A DNA stretch of 64,000 bases from a virus. Lineage: Duplodnaviria > Caudoviricetes. Below, piece after piece: positions 29,330 to 39,921 of the stretch; position 1 is the first letter of the stretch; every line of letters starts with the position of its first letter. Where the stretch lies: positions 67,213 through 131,212 of the IMG/VR virus record IMGVR_UViG_3300044846_003114. The stretch is one strand, 5' to 3'. Position numbers and translations under genes: made by a program. The notes beneath the pieces were generated by a model, which saw only the letters and a program-made list of their open reading frames with translations, was not told the origin of the DNA and searched no databases.

Positions 29330-29635
29330 TTATTTTGTTCTTGGGGTTCTTGTTGTTTTATGTAATGTTTCGTTTTCTTTGGTTAGATACTCAACTTTAA
29401 CACTTAATGCCGCAACTTCTCTAGTCAACGTTAAAACCATTGTACGTAATTCGTCTTTCTCCTTCGATGCGGATTCTAATAATCCCTCTAATTTAGAAAT
29501 TCTATCTTTACAATCGTGGCGAATGAAATCTTCATCTCTTTCTTTGTGTAACGCTCGCCTTTCGTAATATCTCCAAGCTCCTGTACCACCTAAAACTGTC
29601 ACCGCAGTTATTAAAACTGAATAAATGTTTTCCAT
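29330..29635 (-). CDS. membrane-anchored coiled-coil protein (holin/chaperone-like)
   Basis: N-terminal TM helix followed by heptad repeats. Confidence 0.6.
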   Translation of the reverse strand: MENIYSVLITAVTVLGGTGAWRYYERRALHKERDEDFIRHDCKDRISKLEGLLESASKEKDELRTMVLTLTREVAALSVKVEYLTKENETLHKTTRTPRTK

Positions 29636-29869
29636 ATTGTTATAAATAGTGTAATACAAAATAAAAATTTAAACTTTTTTAATATAACTTATCTATTATC
29701 CCAAATTAATTTTTTAATGACAAATAGTCATGTGAAATTTAACCATTTTGGGTGACAAGTTCTTATTTATTTGTGTATGGAAAAAAATAATATAATCGAT
29801 TCCAAACTTTCTTATATGGTTATTTTTCCGTATATTTTACAAAACAATAAATTCTTAAACAAAAAACGA

Positions 29870-32800
29870 ATGAAAAAAACAATTCTAAGTTTACTACTTT
29901 TATTAGTAGTAGGGGTTTCTGGGTTTGCTCAAGTAACAACCTCGACGATTTCCGGTATCGTAAAAACCGAAAAGGGTGAGACATTACCAGGTGCCACCGT
30001 TCAAGTAGTACACGTACCAACAGGAACAAAGTACGGAGCAAGTACAAATTTATCTGGTAAATATGTGGTTCCTGCAGTGAGAGTAGGTGGACCGTACAAA
30101 GTAATAGTATCATTTGTTGGTTTTAATCAAAACGAACAATCAGATGTTAATACTTCTCTTGGTGTTACAACAAACGTAGATGTTGTGTTAGTTGAGACTA
30201 GCACATCATTAAAAGAAGTTGTGGTAACAGGTGGAGGTAGAAATAGTACTTTCTCAAAAGAAAGAACTGGAGCATCACAACAATTCAGTAGACGAGAATT
30301 ACAGTCAATTCCAATTACAGGTGCAAGAACAATCAATGGTATTACTAAGTACAATCCATTCGGTGATGGTTCTTCATTTGGGGCTCAGGATTCTCGATTG
30401 AACAATTTTACAATAGATGGTTCTCAATTCAACAACAATTTTGGTTTAGGTTCATCAGCACAAGCAGGTGGTAGAACAGGGGCTTCCGCCATATCGTTAG
30501 ACGCGATTGAGCAATTGCAAGTGAACGTTGCACCATTTGACATTCGTCAAAGTGGATTCGTTGGTGCAGGTATTAATGCCGTAACAAGAAGTGGTTCGAA
30601 TGAAATTGAAGGTTCGGTATACCAAACACAAAGAGATAATAGTTCTCGTTATGTTGGTGACAATGCAAGAGGTACAACTGTAACCGCATCTAAATTTGAT
30701 GAGAAGGTACAAGGGTTCCGATTAGGAGCACCAATCATTAAGAACAAATTGTTCATCTTTGGTAACTATGAATCAATTGATAGAACCGAACCAGGTACAA
30801 CTTGGATTTCAACAGGTTCTCCATTGACGGGTTCACAAGTTAGTAGACCAACTTTCCAACAATTGACCGACCTTTCTAAATTTATGAAAGACAAGTTTAA
30901 TTATGAAACAGGTCCGTTTGAGGGATATTCTAACACTAACACTTCCAATAAATTCTTGGTACGTTTAGATTGGAATATTAATGATAAAAATAAATTAACA
31001 ACTCGTTATGTGTTCCATAATTCAGAAGCCCAAATTGGAATTTCAAATTCACAATCTGCGGGTTTTGGTAATAGAACCCAAAACATCAACGCAATGTCTT
31101 TCCAAAATAGTGGATATACTATTCAGGATAACACACGTTCATTAGTAATGGAATTAAACTCAAAATTCTCAAACACTTTACATAATAACTTAATTGTTTC
31201 ATATGATAAACAAATTGAGAATAGAGGTTACATGTCTCAAATGTTCCCAACGATTGATATTAAAGAAGGTTCAACAACATTAACATCTGTTGGTTTCGAT
31301 CCTTTCACTCCTGGTAACAAATTAGATTATAATACATTTAACATTACAAACAACTTAACAAAGTATATGGATAAACATACTTTAGTGGGTGGTTTCAACT
31401 TTCAAATGTATCAATCAAATAACTTATTCTTTCCAGCTTCTAATGGTGTTTACATCTTTAATAGTTTGGCAGATTTCTACAAAGCGACAAATGAAAGTTT
31501 AGCAAATGGAGGTAAACCATCTGCGTTTGTACCTGCTCGTTTCCAATTCCGTTACTCGGCATTACCGGGAGCAATCGAACCAATGCAAACTCTTAAATCC
31601 AATAGATTGGACTTGTATTTACAAGACGAATATAACGCAACTAAAGATTTAGTTTTAACATTTGGTGTTAGAGCAAATATTATTGGATTTGACAATACCG
31701 CTTTGGAAAACCCAACAATCACCGCAATGACATTTGCAAATGGTGAGAAGTTTAATACGGGTACAATGCCAAAAACACAAGTCCTATTTGAACCTCGTTT
31801 AGGTTTCAATTGGGATGTTAAGGGTGAAAAGAAAACACAAGTACGTGGTGGAACAGGTGTATTCACAGGTCGTCCCCCATATGTATTCTTATCTAACCAA
31901 ATTGGTAACAATGGTGTATTAACAGGATTTATTGATGTTAGTGGAGCGGCTGCGGCTCAATACGGATTCACTGCTGACCCTAACAAATATTTCATTCCTT
32001 CAACTCCAACATTACCTTCAACATTTGACTTAGCATTAACAGACCCTAACTACAAATTCCCACAAGTTTGGAAAACTAATTTGGCTGTTGACCAAAAATT
32101 ACCATTCTTAGGATTAGTTGGTAGTGTTGAATATTTGTATAATAAAACAATCAATGCTGTTCATTATTATGAGGCTAATTTACAAAATCCAGTGGGAACA
32201 TTGGGTGGTGTAGATAACAGACCTCGTTTTGGTGGTACCGATGCAACCGTTAGAGTAAACAATAGTGTTTCGAGAGCTGCAGTCCTTACAACTAAAGACG
32301 GTGCATATCACGAATCATTAACATTGAAATTAGAAAAACCAGTTCAAAAAGGATTTTGGGGTTCAGTTGCTTGGACAACGGCAAACTCAAAAGATTTTAT
32401 GAGTGCAGGTTCAATTGCAAGTGGTTCTTGGCAATCAGCATTATCAGTTAATGGTAATAACGATTTAGGTTTATCATTTGCAGATGCGTTTGTTAAAAAT
32501 AGATTTGTTGGTTTATTAGGATATAGAATTGAATACGGTAAAGGTTTAGGTGGAGCAACTACATTTACTTTAGGTTATGTGGGACAACAATCTAATCCAT
32601 TCTCATACATCGCAGCGGGTGACTTAAACGGTGATAGAGTAAACAACAACGATTTAATCTTCGTACCTAACAAAGGTTCAGATATCAAATTTGCAAGTTT
32701 AACTGCTGGAGGTAAAACATTTACTGAAGCGGAACAACAATCAGCGTTCGACGCATTTATTGAACAAGATGAATACTTGTCAACTCGTAGAGGTCAATAC

Positions 32801-33154
32801 GCAGAAAGAAATGGTGGATTATTACCATATCTACATAGACTTGATTTCTCAGTTGCACAAGATGTGTTTGTTAAAATCGGAGGTAAAAGAAACTCATTCC
32901 AAATTAGAATGGATATTCTTAACTTTACAAATATGTTGAATAATAATTGGGGAGTTTCTCAAAGAGCAACTGCACCTCAATTGTTAAACTTTGTAAGCAG
33001 AGATGCTGTTACAAATGTTCCGACATATAGATTAGCAACTCAAAGATTGACAGATGGCTCTACTATTTTAGCTAGAGATTCTTATCAATACAATTCATCA
33101 GTATTTGATGTATGGAGTGCTCAATTAGGTATCCGATATATCTTCGGTAGATAA
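29870..33154 (+). CDS. TonB-dependent outer-membrane receptor (Oar-like, CarboxypepD_reg N-terminal domain)
   Basis: signal peptide, LPGATV...GGPY, LKEVVV TonB box, NNFTIDG, GAGINAVTRSG plug, C-terminal QLGIRYIF. Confidence 0.92.
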   Translation: MKKTILSLLLLLVVGVSGFAQVTTSTISGIVKTEKGETLPGATVQVVHVPTGTKYGASTNLSGKYVVPAVRVGGPYKVIVSFVGFNQNEQSDVNTSLGVTTNVDVVLVETSTSLKEVVVTGGGRNSTFSKERTGASQQFSRRELQSIPITGARTINGITKYNPFGDGSSFGAQDSRLNNFTIDGSQFNNNFGLGSSAQAGGRTGASAISLDAIEQLQVNVAPFDIRQSGFVGAGINAVTRSGSNEIEGSVYQTQRDNSSRYVGDNARGTTVTASKFDEKVQGFRLGAPIIKNKLFIFGNYESIDRTEPGTTWISTGSPLTGSQVSRPTFQQLTDLSKFMKDKFNYETGPFEGYSNTNTSNKFLVRLDWNINDKNKLTTRYVFHNSEAQIGISNSQSAGFGNRTQNINAMSFQNSGYTIQDNTRSLVMELNSKFSNTLHNNLIVSYDKQIENRGYMSQMFPTIDIKEGSTTLTSVGFDPFTPGNKLDYNTFNITNNLTKYMDKHTLVGGFNFQMYQSNNLFFPASNGVYIFNSLADFYKATNESLANGGKPSAFVPARFQFRYSALPGAIEPMQTLKSNRLDLYLQDEYNATKDLVLTFGVRANIIGFDNTALENPTITAMTFANGEKFNTGTMPKTQVLFEPRLGFNWDVKGEKKTQVRGGTGVFTGRPPYVFLSNQIGNNGVLTGFIDVSGAAAAQYGFTADPNKYFIPSTPTLPSTFDLALTDPNYKFPQVWKTNLAVDQKLPFLGLVGSVEYLYNKTINAVHYYEANLQNPVGTLGGVDNRPRFGGTDATVRVNNSVSRAAVLTTKDGAYHESLTLKLEKPVQKGFWGSVAWTTANSKDFMSAGSIASGSWQSALSVNGNNDLGLSFADAFVKNRFVGLLGYRIEYGKGLGGATTFTLGYVGQQSNPFSYIAAGDLNGDRVNNNDLIFVPNKGSDIKFASLTAGGKTFTEAEQQSAFDAFIEQDEYLSTRRGQYAERNGGLLPYLHRLDFSVAQDVFVKIGGKRNSFQIRMDILNFTNMLNNNWGVSQRATAPQLLNFVSRDAVTNVPTYRLATQRLTDGSTILARDSYQYNSSVFDVWSAQLGIRYIFGR

Positions 33155-33223
33155 TTAAAATTATGAAAAAGAACGGGGAGATGTTTTTACATTCTCCCCT
33201 TTTTTATGTATATTATGTGAGAT

Positions 33224-33775
33224 ATGAGCAAGATAATTAATTTTTTTGGTGGTCCGGGTATCGGTAAATCCACACAAGCATCTGGTTTATTTACCGAGAT
33301 GAAAAAACGCCACATGAGTGTTGAATATACATATGAGTTCCCAAAAGAGGTGGCTTGGGAAGGTAATATATCCCAATTAAGGGATCAGTTCTTTATAACT
33401 GCGAATCAACATAGAAACATTAGTCGTCTTTATGGTAAGGTTGATTATATAATTGTTGATTCACCGATTATTCTTGGTTGTTTTTATGAACAAAGATATG
33501 GTGATGGTTATCCAGCATCATTTTATGGGATGACAGGTTTAGGTGACTTTATATGGAAGTTGTTTAAACAATATGAAAATATAAACATAATCTTAAAGAG
33601 AAATAATGAAACATATGACCCTAACGGTAGGATACAAGATTTACGAGAGGCTGAAGAAATTGATAAAGATATTAAACTCACATTGGACATTAATAATATA
33701 CCTTATAGTGAATTTTCTGTTCATAATGACACTCCTTTGGAGATTTACAACTATTTAATAGAAAACAATTTATGA
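33224..33775 (+). CDS. NadR/AAA_28-like P-loop nucleoside/nucleotide kinase
   Basis: GGPGIGKST Walker A; IIVDSP; R....GR.Q. Confidence 0.8.
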   Translation: MSKIINFFGGPGIGKSTQASGLFTEMKKRHMSVEYTYEFPKEVAWEGNISQLRDQFFITANQHRNISRLYGKVDYIIVDSPIILGCFYEQRYGDGYPASFYGMTGLGDFIWKLFKQYENINIILKRNNETYDPNGRIQDLREAEEIDKDIKLTLDINNIPYSEFSVHNDTPLEIYNYLIENNL

Positions 33776-34374
33776 AAAAAGGTTTATTATTAATCGTCTT
33801 TATTTTATTCAGTGTATCATTATTCGCACAAGATACCATAAGAGTTAAAAATCAAGTATTTGAGGTACTTTACTCCCAAAAATTAGAATCACCTCTTTGG
33901 TTAAAATATCGTTCAATTAATAGACCAACAAATGTTAATAGAGGGTCTATGGACTTTTATACCGAAAAAAACATTAAAACTTCAGACGCTGAGGATTATA
34001 AGGCGAACATATATGATAAGGGTCATTTAGCTCCTGCAGCTTCTTTTTCTGATAATATGGAAAACCTTAAGCAAACATTTTCATATTTGAACTGTATGAT
34101 GCAAGACCAGTATCAAAATAGAGGTGAGTGGAGATTGTTGGAAGAACAAGAAAGAAAATGGGACGATGTTGAACCATTAACTGTAATCATTAAAGTATTT
34201 TTTGAAAATACACCCAAAAGAGTACCAACAAATGCAGCAATTCCATCACACATGCAAAAACACATATATTTTGAAAAACAAAAAAAGTGGAAATGCTTTG
34301 TTTTTTTAAATGAAAAGCCCAAATTTAAATGGGATGAACTTGAGATGGTGTGTCCACCGAGTGATCACAAGTAA
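33772..34374 (+). CDS. secreted DNA/RNA non-specific endonuclease (NucA-like)
   Basis: signal peptide; YDKGHLAPAA, TF.YLN..Q...NRG.W..LE, IP. Confidence 0.9.
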   Translation: MKKGLLLIVFILFSVSLFAQDTIRVKNQVFEVLYSQKLESPLWLKYRSINRPTNVNRGSMDFYTEKNIKTSDAEDYKANIYDKGHLAPAASFSDNMENLKQTFSYLNCMMQDQYQNRGEWRLLEEQERKWDDVEPLTVIIKVFFENTPKRVPTNAAIPSHMQKHIYFEKQKKWKCFVFLNEKPKFKWDELEMVCPPSDHK

Positions 34375-34377
34375 ATT

Positions 34378-34578
34378 ATGTTAAACAAAGAATTAGTAAA
34401 CTATCAAGATAAACTTTATTGGGTTTATAGAAGAATTAAACATTCCCAAGTAAAGGAAGGTTCCATTAATGATTTAAAGGAATTTTGGTATTGTGATATG
34501 GTAGTTAGAAATAGAAATCAACAAGACGATACTCTTTTATTTTTAAGAGAAATTGAGGAGGCTAAAATAGTTTCTTAA
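34378..34578 (+). CDS. hypothetical protein
   Basis: 66-aa ORF in operon. Confidence 0.65.
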   Translation: MLNKELVNYQDKLYWVYRRIKHSQVKEGSINDLKEFWYCDMVVRNRNQQDDTLLFLREIEEAKIVS

Positions 34579-34954
34579 TTTCTTTTAAACATATTTTGGT
34601 GTATTTGTCCTCATTACGTTTAGCTTGTCTTTCCATCGGATTGTGGGAATAATATCTTGATAATTCATATTCCCTATATTTTCTACGAACTTGCAAATAA
34701 TGCGTGTACTCATGAATTACGGTCGCAACTAAATCGTATATTGTGTTATTATTAGGTAGATAGATTATAATTTCATTTCGATAAAAACAATAGTTACCAA
34801 AAATTTCAAAATTATCCATTTTACGTTTTCTTTCACTAAATCTAAATAATAATTTACGTTTTTTTCTATCACACAGACCAAAATACCATTCACACCACTT
34901 TAAGGCGGCAGTGGCATAACGTTTTTTGGTTTCTATGTCAATAGTTCTACCCAT
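34562..34954 (-). CDS. HExxH metallopeptidase-like protein
   Basis: TVIHEYTHYLQ...NPME..A. Confidence 0.7.
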   Translation of the reverse strand: MGRTIDIETKKRYATAALKWCEWYFGLCDRKKRKLLFRFSERKRKMDNFEIFGNYCFYRNEIIIYLPNNNTIYDLVATVIHEYTHYLQVRRKYREYELSRYYSHNPMERQAKRNEDKYTKICLKEIKKLF

Positions 34955-35306
34955 TGTTAGTTTTATCTGTTTTTATAGTCCTTGTAGTCTTTTTAGGTGG
35001 TTTAACGAAATCGTTAATTGCATCGAAGTTGTTTGAGATGTCTTTCAAAACCGCAGCAAATTCGTAATTTTCATTTTCCTCATGTTTTTTTAATAAAACG
35101 GTAAGAAAACTTTTTAACTCCATGTCGGTTAGTTGGGCTCTGGATTTAACCGAACTCTTCATTAACTTAAAAACCATATAAAGTACTGACATTTTTTTCT
35201 CTTGTGGTAACGAGAAGTAATTCTCAATGGTAACATTAGATAAAATGTTAATACTTACAGTTTCCAAAAATTGTATAAAAGATGGATGATTTACGTTTAC
35301 TTTCAT
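34947..35306 (-). CDS. hypothetical protein with UVR-like motif
   Basis: EENENYEFAAVLKD. Confidence 0.65.
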   Translation of the reverse strand: MKVNVNHPSFIQFLETVSINILSNVTIENYFSLPQEKKMSVLYMVFKLMKSSVKSRAQLTDMELKSFLTVLLKKHEENENYEFAAVLKDISNNFDAINDFVKPPKKTTRTIKTDKTNNG

Positions 35307-35406
35307 TATTATTTCGTTTTAAATAAATAGTGGGTGGATTGTTATAATAAATAAAAAAAGGGATAAAATTTTAGTTTTACCCCCTTATTTGAAATAATCT
35401 AAAAAT

Positions 35407-35766
35407 CTATTTTGCCCATTTTCCTCTGATTACAATTTGAGCGATTATGTTATATACAGATAAATCTTGATATGTGTCTTCGATGGCTTCACCTACCGTA
35501 TCTGGTTTACCTAATAACACCAATTGCTTCAATCTCTGAATCTTATCGTTCATTCTGAACCAAAGACCTGTCTGAGACAATTTAATCTCTTCAGGGGTCT
35601 CTAAACGGGTTCCTACGGAGATATTATCGGGTCCGTAGTTTAATTGCTTTCTGCAAAAGATTTCATACTGTTCCTTTAGGATTTTTTTGAATTCTGCAGT
35701 AGTTTCTGGGTACTTTTCCTCACATAATTTGATGGGGGATAGTTGTGGAGTGGTATCTTCTGACAT
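35407..35766 (-). CDS. nucleotide modification associated domain 1 (DUF1599-like) protein
   Basis: F.RKQ.NYG...R.NDKI.RL...E.IEDT..DL..Y.II. Confidence 0.75.
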   Translation of the reverse strand: MSEDTTPQLSPIKLCEEKYPETTAEFKKILKEQYEIFCRKQLNYGPDNISVGTRLETPEEIKLSQTGLWFRMNDKIQRLKQLVLLGKPDTVGEAIEDTYQDLSVYNIIAQIVIRGKWAK

Positions 35767-35837
35767 ATTTTTGTGTTTTTTATTAATATAATGAATTTTA
35801 TTTGTAATACAAAATATTTATATAAAAAACACATATC

Positions 35838-36086
35838 ATGGCATCAGACGCATATAAAGAAATGCAAGCATCGAAAGATAAACCAGGTTCAAGTCAACCA
35901 AAACATAAGCAATTGATAAAAATGCTAACATTTAGGGTTGTTCCTGCATATTATAAGGAAATTGAGAAGGTTGCAAACAACCAAGAGGTAACCGTATCTA
36001 AATTAATTAGAAATTACATTAAAGAAGGTATGAAAAGAGACGGTGAATTAACAGATAGAGAAGAAAAAACCTTCGGTTTAGAATAA
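35838..36086 (+). CDS. ribbon-helix-helix DNA-binding protein
   Basis: MLTFRV....KEIEKVA....TVSKLIRNYI. Confidence 0.65.
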   Translation: MASDAYKEMQASKDKPGSSQPKHKQLIKMLTFRVVPAYYKEIEKVANNQEVTVSKLIRNYIKEGMKRDGELTDREEKTFGLE

Positions 36087-36089
36087 TTT

Positions 36090-36419
36090 ATGGAAAAGAA
36101 CATTATAACCGAAAATTTGATTAGAGAGGCTGTTGATAAGGTCTTATTTGAGCAAATGTCAAAAGTATCAAGACAGGATTTTAGTAGAGTACAGTTTAAA
36201 ATAGAGGAATTACAAAATTCTTTAGGTGAAACGGTAAAAGAACTGAGGAAATTGGAAGATTCCATACCATCAGGACTGAAAAGCACGTCAAACGCTAGAA
36301 TTTCGGGAATAACCGTGAGTTTAAATAACGCCCAAAAACTATTAACTCAACTTAAAGATAAGGTTAGACAATATAAGAAGTCCATTTACACACAATCTTT
36401 AGACGAGAAGAAAAAATAG
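36090..36419 (+). CDS. coiled-coil hypothetical protein
   Basis: IITENLIREAV leader-like N-terminus. Confidence 0.7.
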   Translation: MEKNIITENLIREAVDKVLFEQMSKVSRQDFSRVQFKIEELQNSLGETVKELRKLEDSIPSGLKSTSNARISGITVSLNNAQKLLTQLKDKVRQYKKSIYTQSLDEKKK

Positions 36420-36421
36420 AA

Positions 36422-36778
36422 CTATTTTAACTTTTCATCACTTTTTAGGACTTTTTTACCCTTTTCAGTTAGGAAAAACATTTCTTCGGTGTTATCATCT
36501 TCGTATGAATTTACCAATCCTTTTGTTTTAAGTTCATTTAGGATTGTACCCGCAACAATTTCACGTAAAAGAGTTTCGAACTCATCTTCATCAAATATTT
36601 CATCTTCAGTAAGGTCAGTATCTCCATTTATGAATTTTTCGGTTAATTTGTTAGATATGTGATTTTTAGCGAAATCGGTAACCTCAATTTCATAATCCAA
36701 AAAGAAGTCAGTTTCCACTAAGGTTTCAATTATCTCTTTTGTTCTTTCAATAACAATTGGTTGGTATATTTTTGACAT
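36422..36778 (-). CDS. hypothetical protein with winged-helix-like C-terminus
   Basis: L.EL..KGLV...FFLTEKGK. Confidence 0.65.
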   Translation of the reverse strand: MSKIYQPIVIERTKEIIETLVETDFFLDYEIEVTDFAKNHISNKLTEKFINGDTDLTEDEIFDEDEFETLLREIVAGTILNELKTKGLVNSYEDDNTEEMFFLTEKGKKVLKSDEKLK

Positions 36779-36888
36779 GATAAAAATTTTGATTTTTATT
36801 AAAATATATGCAAAAAATACCGATAAAAAAAATTATTTGGTTGAAAGTATCCACATTTTTTTATATATTATTGTATAATTAAAATATA

Positions 36889-38139
36889 ATGGGTAACAAC
36901 AAAATTTTTATTCAAATTGCATCATATCGAGATCCGCAATTAATACCAACAATAAAAGACTGTATAAAAAATGCAAAAAAGCCTGAAAATTTGGTTTTTT
37001 CAATTGCATGGCAAAGGTCAAAAGAAGATACATGGGATAACTTAGATGAATTTTTAAATGACAAGAGATTTAAAATAATCGATATTAACTACGAAGATTC
37101 TAAAGGTGCTTGTTGGGCAAGAAATCAATTACAACAACAGTATAATGGTGAGGAGTATACAATTCAATTAGATTCACATCATAGATTTGCGGAAAATTGG
37201 GATGATGATTGTATAAAAATGATTAAACAACTACAAAAGAAGGGACATAAGAAACCTTTATTAACTGGTTATGTTTCATCATTTGATCCTGATAATGATC
37301 CAGCAGGTAGAATTCAAGCGCCGTGGAAAATGAACTTTGATAGATTTATTCCTGAAGGTGCTGTGTTCTTCTTACCAGCAACAATAGACGATTATCAACA
37401 AAGAACCGAACCAGTACCCGCTAGATTTTATTCTGCACATTTTTGTTTTACTTTAGGTTCCTTTGTTACAGAAGTACCGCATGACCCTGAATATTATTTC
37501 CATGGAGAAGAAATTTCTATTGCGGTGAGAGCATATACATGGGGTTATGATTTGTTTCATCCACATAAAACAGTTGTTTGGCACGAATATACTCGTAAAG
37601 GTAGAACTAAACAATGGGATGATGATAAACAATGGGTTAGTAAAAATGTACATTGTCATAAAAGAAATAGAAAACTATTCGAAATGGATGGTGAAGTGAA
37701 AGATATTGATTTTGGAATTTATGACTTTGGTAAAGAAAGAACTTTGGAGGATTATGAAAGATATGCTGGCATCTCATTTAAAAAGAGAGCGGTACAAAAA
37801 TATACAGTTGATAATAATTTAGCACCTAACCCTCCTTTATATGGTGATGAATTTAATAGTTCATTCTTATCAATTTTTAAACATTGTATAGATGTTACAT
37901 TTGATAGAGTACCTGAAAATGATTATGATTTTTGGGTAGTTGCTTTTCATGATGAAAAAGACGAAACTCTTTTTAGAAAAGATGCTGATAGGGATGAAAT
38001 AAACAGATTAAAAAATGATCCTGATGGGTACTGTAAAATTTGGAGAGAATTTACGGTTGAAACAAAACCAAAATATTGGATTGTTTGGCCACATAGTGAA
38101 TCTAAAGGTTGGATGGAAAGAATAAAAGGAGATTTATAA
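36889..38139 (+). CDS. GlcNAc transferase (Skp1-hydroxyproline GlcNAcT-like)
   Basis: IFIQIASYRDP, SKGACWAR, QLDSH.RF..NWD, VPHDP..YF.GEE, GYDLF.P...WHEY, G..RTL.DYE. Confidence 0.85.
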   Translation: MGNNKIFIQIASYRDPQLIPTIKDCIKNAKKPENLVFSIAWQRSKEDTWDNLDEFLNDKRFKIIDINYEDSKGACWARNQLQQQYNGEEYTIQLDSHHRFAENWDDDCIKMIKQLQKKGHKKPLLTGYVSSFDPDNDPAGRIQAPWKMNFDRFIPEGAVFFLPATIDDYQQRTEPVPARFYSAHFCFTLGSFVTEVPHDPEYYFHGEEISIAVRAYTWGYDLFHPHKTVVWHEYTRKGRTKQWDDDKQWVSKNVHCHKRNRKLFEMDGEVKDIDFGIYDFGKERTLEDYERYAGISFKKRAVQKYTVDNNLAPNPPLYGDEFNSSFLSIFKHCIDVTFDRVPENDYDFWVVAFHDEKDETLFRKDADRDEINRLKNDPDGYCKIWREFTVETKPKYWIVWPHSESKGWMERIKGDL

Positions 38140-38531
38140 TGAAATTAGAACTCGTAAAAAACGAACCGAAATATTATGAATTTATACGTTTGATGAGACT
38201 ACATCCGGATAACATATTTGGATTTATAAATCAAACCGATATTAGTGAAAGTGAACAAATTAGTTATATGAACAAGTATGGTGAATTTTTCAATATTTGT
38301 TTATGTGACGATAATCCCGCTGGATTTATTGGGGTTATAGATAATGATATTAGAATTGCAACAAACCCTACTTTTAAAAATAAAGGTATTGGAAAATTTA
38401 TGGTAAATGAGATTATGAAAGTATACCCAAATGCCGTTGCAAAAATAAAAGTCGATAATCCATTAAGTAAAAAACTTTTTAAATCTTGTGGATTTGAGAC
38501 TGATTATATAATAATGAAAAAATGTCAATAA
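38139..38531 (+). CDS. GNAT N-acetyltransferase
   Basis: P.FKNKGIGK, N..S.KLF.SCGF. Confidence 0.8.
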   Translation: MKLELVKNEPKYYEFIRLMRLHPDNIFGFINQTDISESEQISYMNKYGEFFNICLCDDNPAGFIGVIDNDIRIATNPTFKNKGIGKFMVNEIMKVYPNAVAKIKVDNPLSKKLFKSCGFETDYIIMKKCQ

Positions 38532-39166
38532 GAAGACCAAAAAATAATCCGTTTAAAATTGTCCAAATGTTTGAGGAGGAGGTTGCAGATTATACTGGAT
38601 CAAAATATGCAATTTCGGTTGATAGTTGTACAAATGCAATATTTTTAGTTTGTAAATACTTGAATGTTAGTGATGTAATTATACCATCAAAAACATATTT
38701 ATCAGTTCCACAATCAATCATACATGCTGGAGGTAACGTAATATTCGACAGAACAAACGAAACCAATGATTGGAAAGGAATCTATCAATTAAAACCGTAT
38801 CCAATTTATGATTCCGCAAAAAGATTTACATCTAATATGTACATTTCAAATACATTCATGTGTCTATCTTTTCATATAAAAAAACATTTAAAAATATCAA
38901 AAGGTGGAATGATTTTAACAGATAGTGAAGAGTCGGTAAAATGGTTCAAAAAAGCAAGATACGAGGGAAGGAGTGAAAAATTATATCATCAAGATGATAT
39001 TGATATGTTAGGATGGAATATGTACATGACTCCTCAGCAAGCATCTCATGGATTATCATTGATGCAAAATATACCCACACATAATGATGACTTAGGTGAA
39101 AACGATGGTTATAGAGATTTAACCGAATTCACCGTTTTTAAAAATCATAAAACAATAGATGAATAG
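38522..39166 (+). CDS. short DegT/DnrJ/EryC1/StrS PLP aminotransferase
   Basis: FEE..A.Y.G.KYA.SVDSCT.A, DSA, SFH..KHL...GGMI. Confidence 0.85.
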   Translation: MSIRRPKNNPFKIVQMFEEEVADYTGSKYAISVDSCTNAIFLVCKYLNVSDVIIPSKTYLSVPQSIIHAGGNVIFDRTNETNDWKGIYQLKPYPIYDSAKRFTSNMYISNTFMCLSFHIKKHLKISKGGMILTDSEESVKWFKKARYEGRSEKLYHQDDIDMLGWNMYMTPQQASHGLSLMQNIPTHNDDLGENDGYRDLTEFTVFKNHKTIDE

Positions 39167-39920
39167 AATATGCTTTGTTTTGGATACCCATTACCCAAAC
39201 TACACAAAAAGATTAAAAACAACATCATTAAAAAACTATTTTGATTGTGGTCTTAATGAAAAGGGGGTTGGTTTTATTATAACCACAAACAGACCCGATG
39301 ATTTTGAAGAATACAGGGAGAAGGGAGTTCTTGTTTATGATATAAACAAAATAAGAGATGATGTGTCACTTAAATATGAGATTTTACCCGATAACCCACT
39401 TGGTATTTACCCTTCTGGGTTTCCTTGGAATTTAGAAAGGTTTGGATTAAAAATAGCGGGAGAGTTAGGATATAATATTGTTATTAATTTAGATTCCGAT
39501 GTTGTGTTTAATACATTAGAAGATGGAAAAGATTTTGTTAATTTTATAAATAAAATATATGAAAAAAATACGGTTGTTACAAACCAAGCAATTTTTAAAT
39601 ATGAAAAAAACTCATTAAATGAAATTTTTCATTTACATGAAAAATATAAAGAACATTTTAATGTTAGTTTTGAAGATAGTGAATTGGATAGTTTAGATGG
39701 TCCTGTAATTATTTATATGGGAGAGTCTTCTGATGATATAATTAGATATTCAAACACTTGGAATATGTTAACAAATTTTGGTTATAAAAAGGAATTTGGA
39801 TTTGGATATGAAGGGATTGTATGTGGTAATTGGTCTTTTTCTATCCCGATGTCTGGTTTTGAATTAAAATGGAAAAGTTTACCATTAACACCACACCATA
39901 ATTACGGAGATAGATATTAG
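39159..39920 (+). CDS. putative glycosyltransferase (GT-A fold)
   Basis: FPWNL.RF, VINLDSD motif; operon context. Confidence 0.6.
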   Translation: MNRICFVLDTHYPNYTKRLKTTSLKNYFDCGLNEKGVGFIITTNRPDDFEEYREKGVLVYDINKIRDDVSLKYEILPDNPLGIYPSGFPWNLERFGLKIAGELGYNIVINLDSDVVFNTLEDGKDFVNFINKIYEKNTVVTNQAIFKYEKNSLNEIFHLHEKYKEHFNVSFEDSELDSLDGPVIIYMGESSDDIIRYSNTWNMLTNFGYKKEFGFGYEGIVCGNWSFSIPMSGFELKWKSLPLTPHHNYGDRY

Positions 39921-39921
39921 T

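Noticed and set aside
29820-31911. Antisense ORFs within the TonB receptor and other long genes
   Set aside because: Shadow frames with no recognisable motifs
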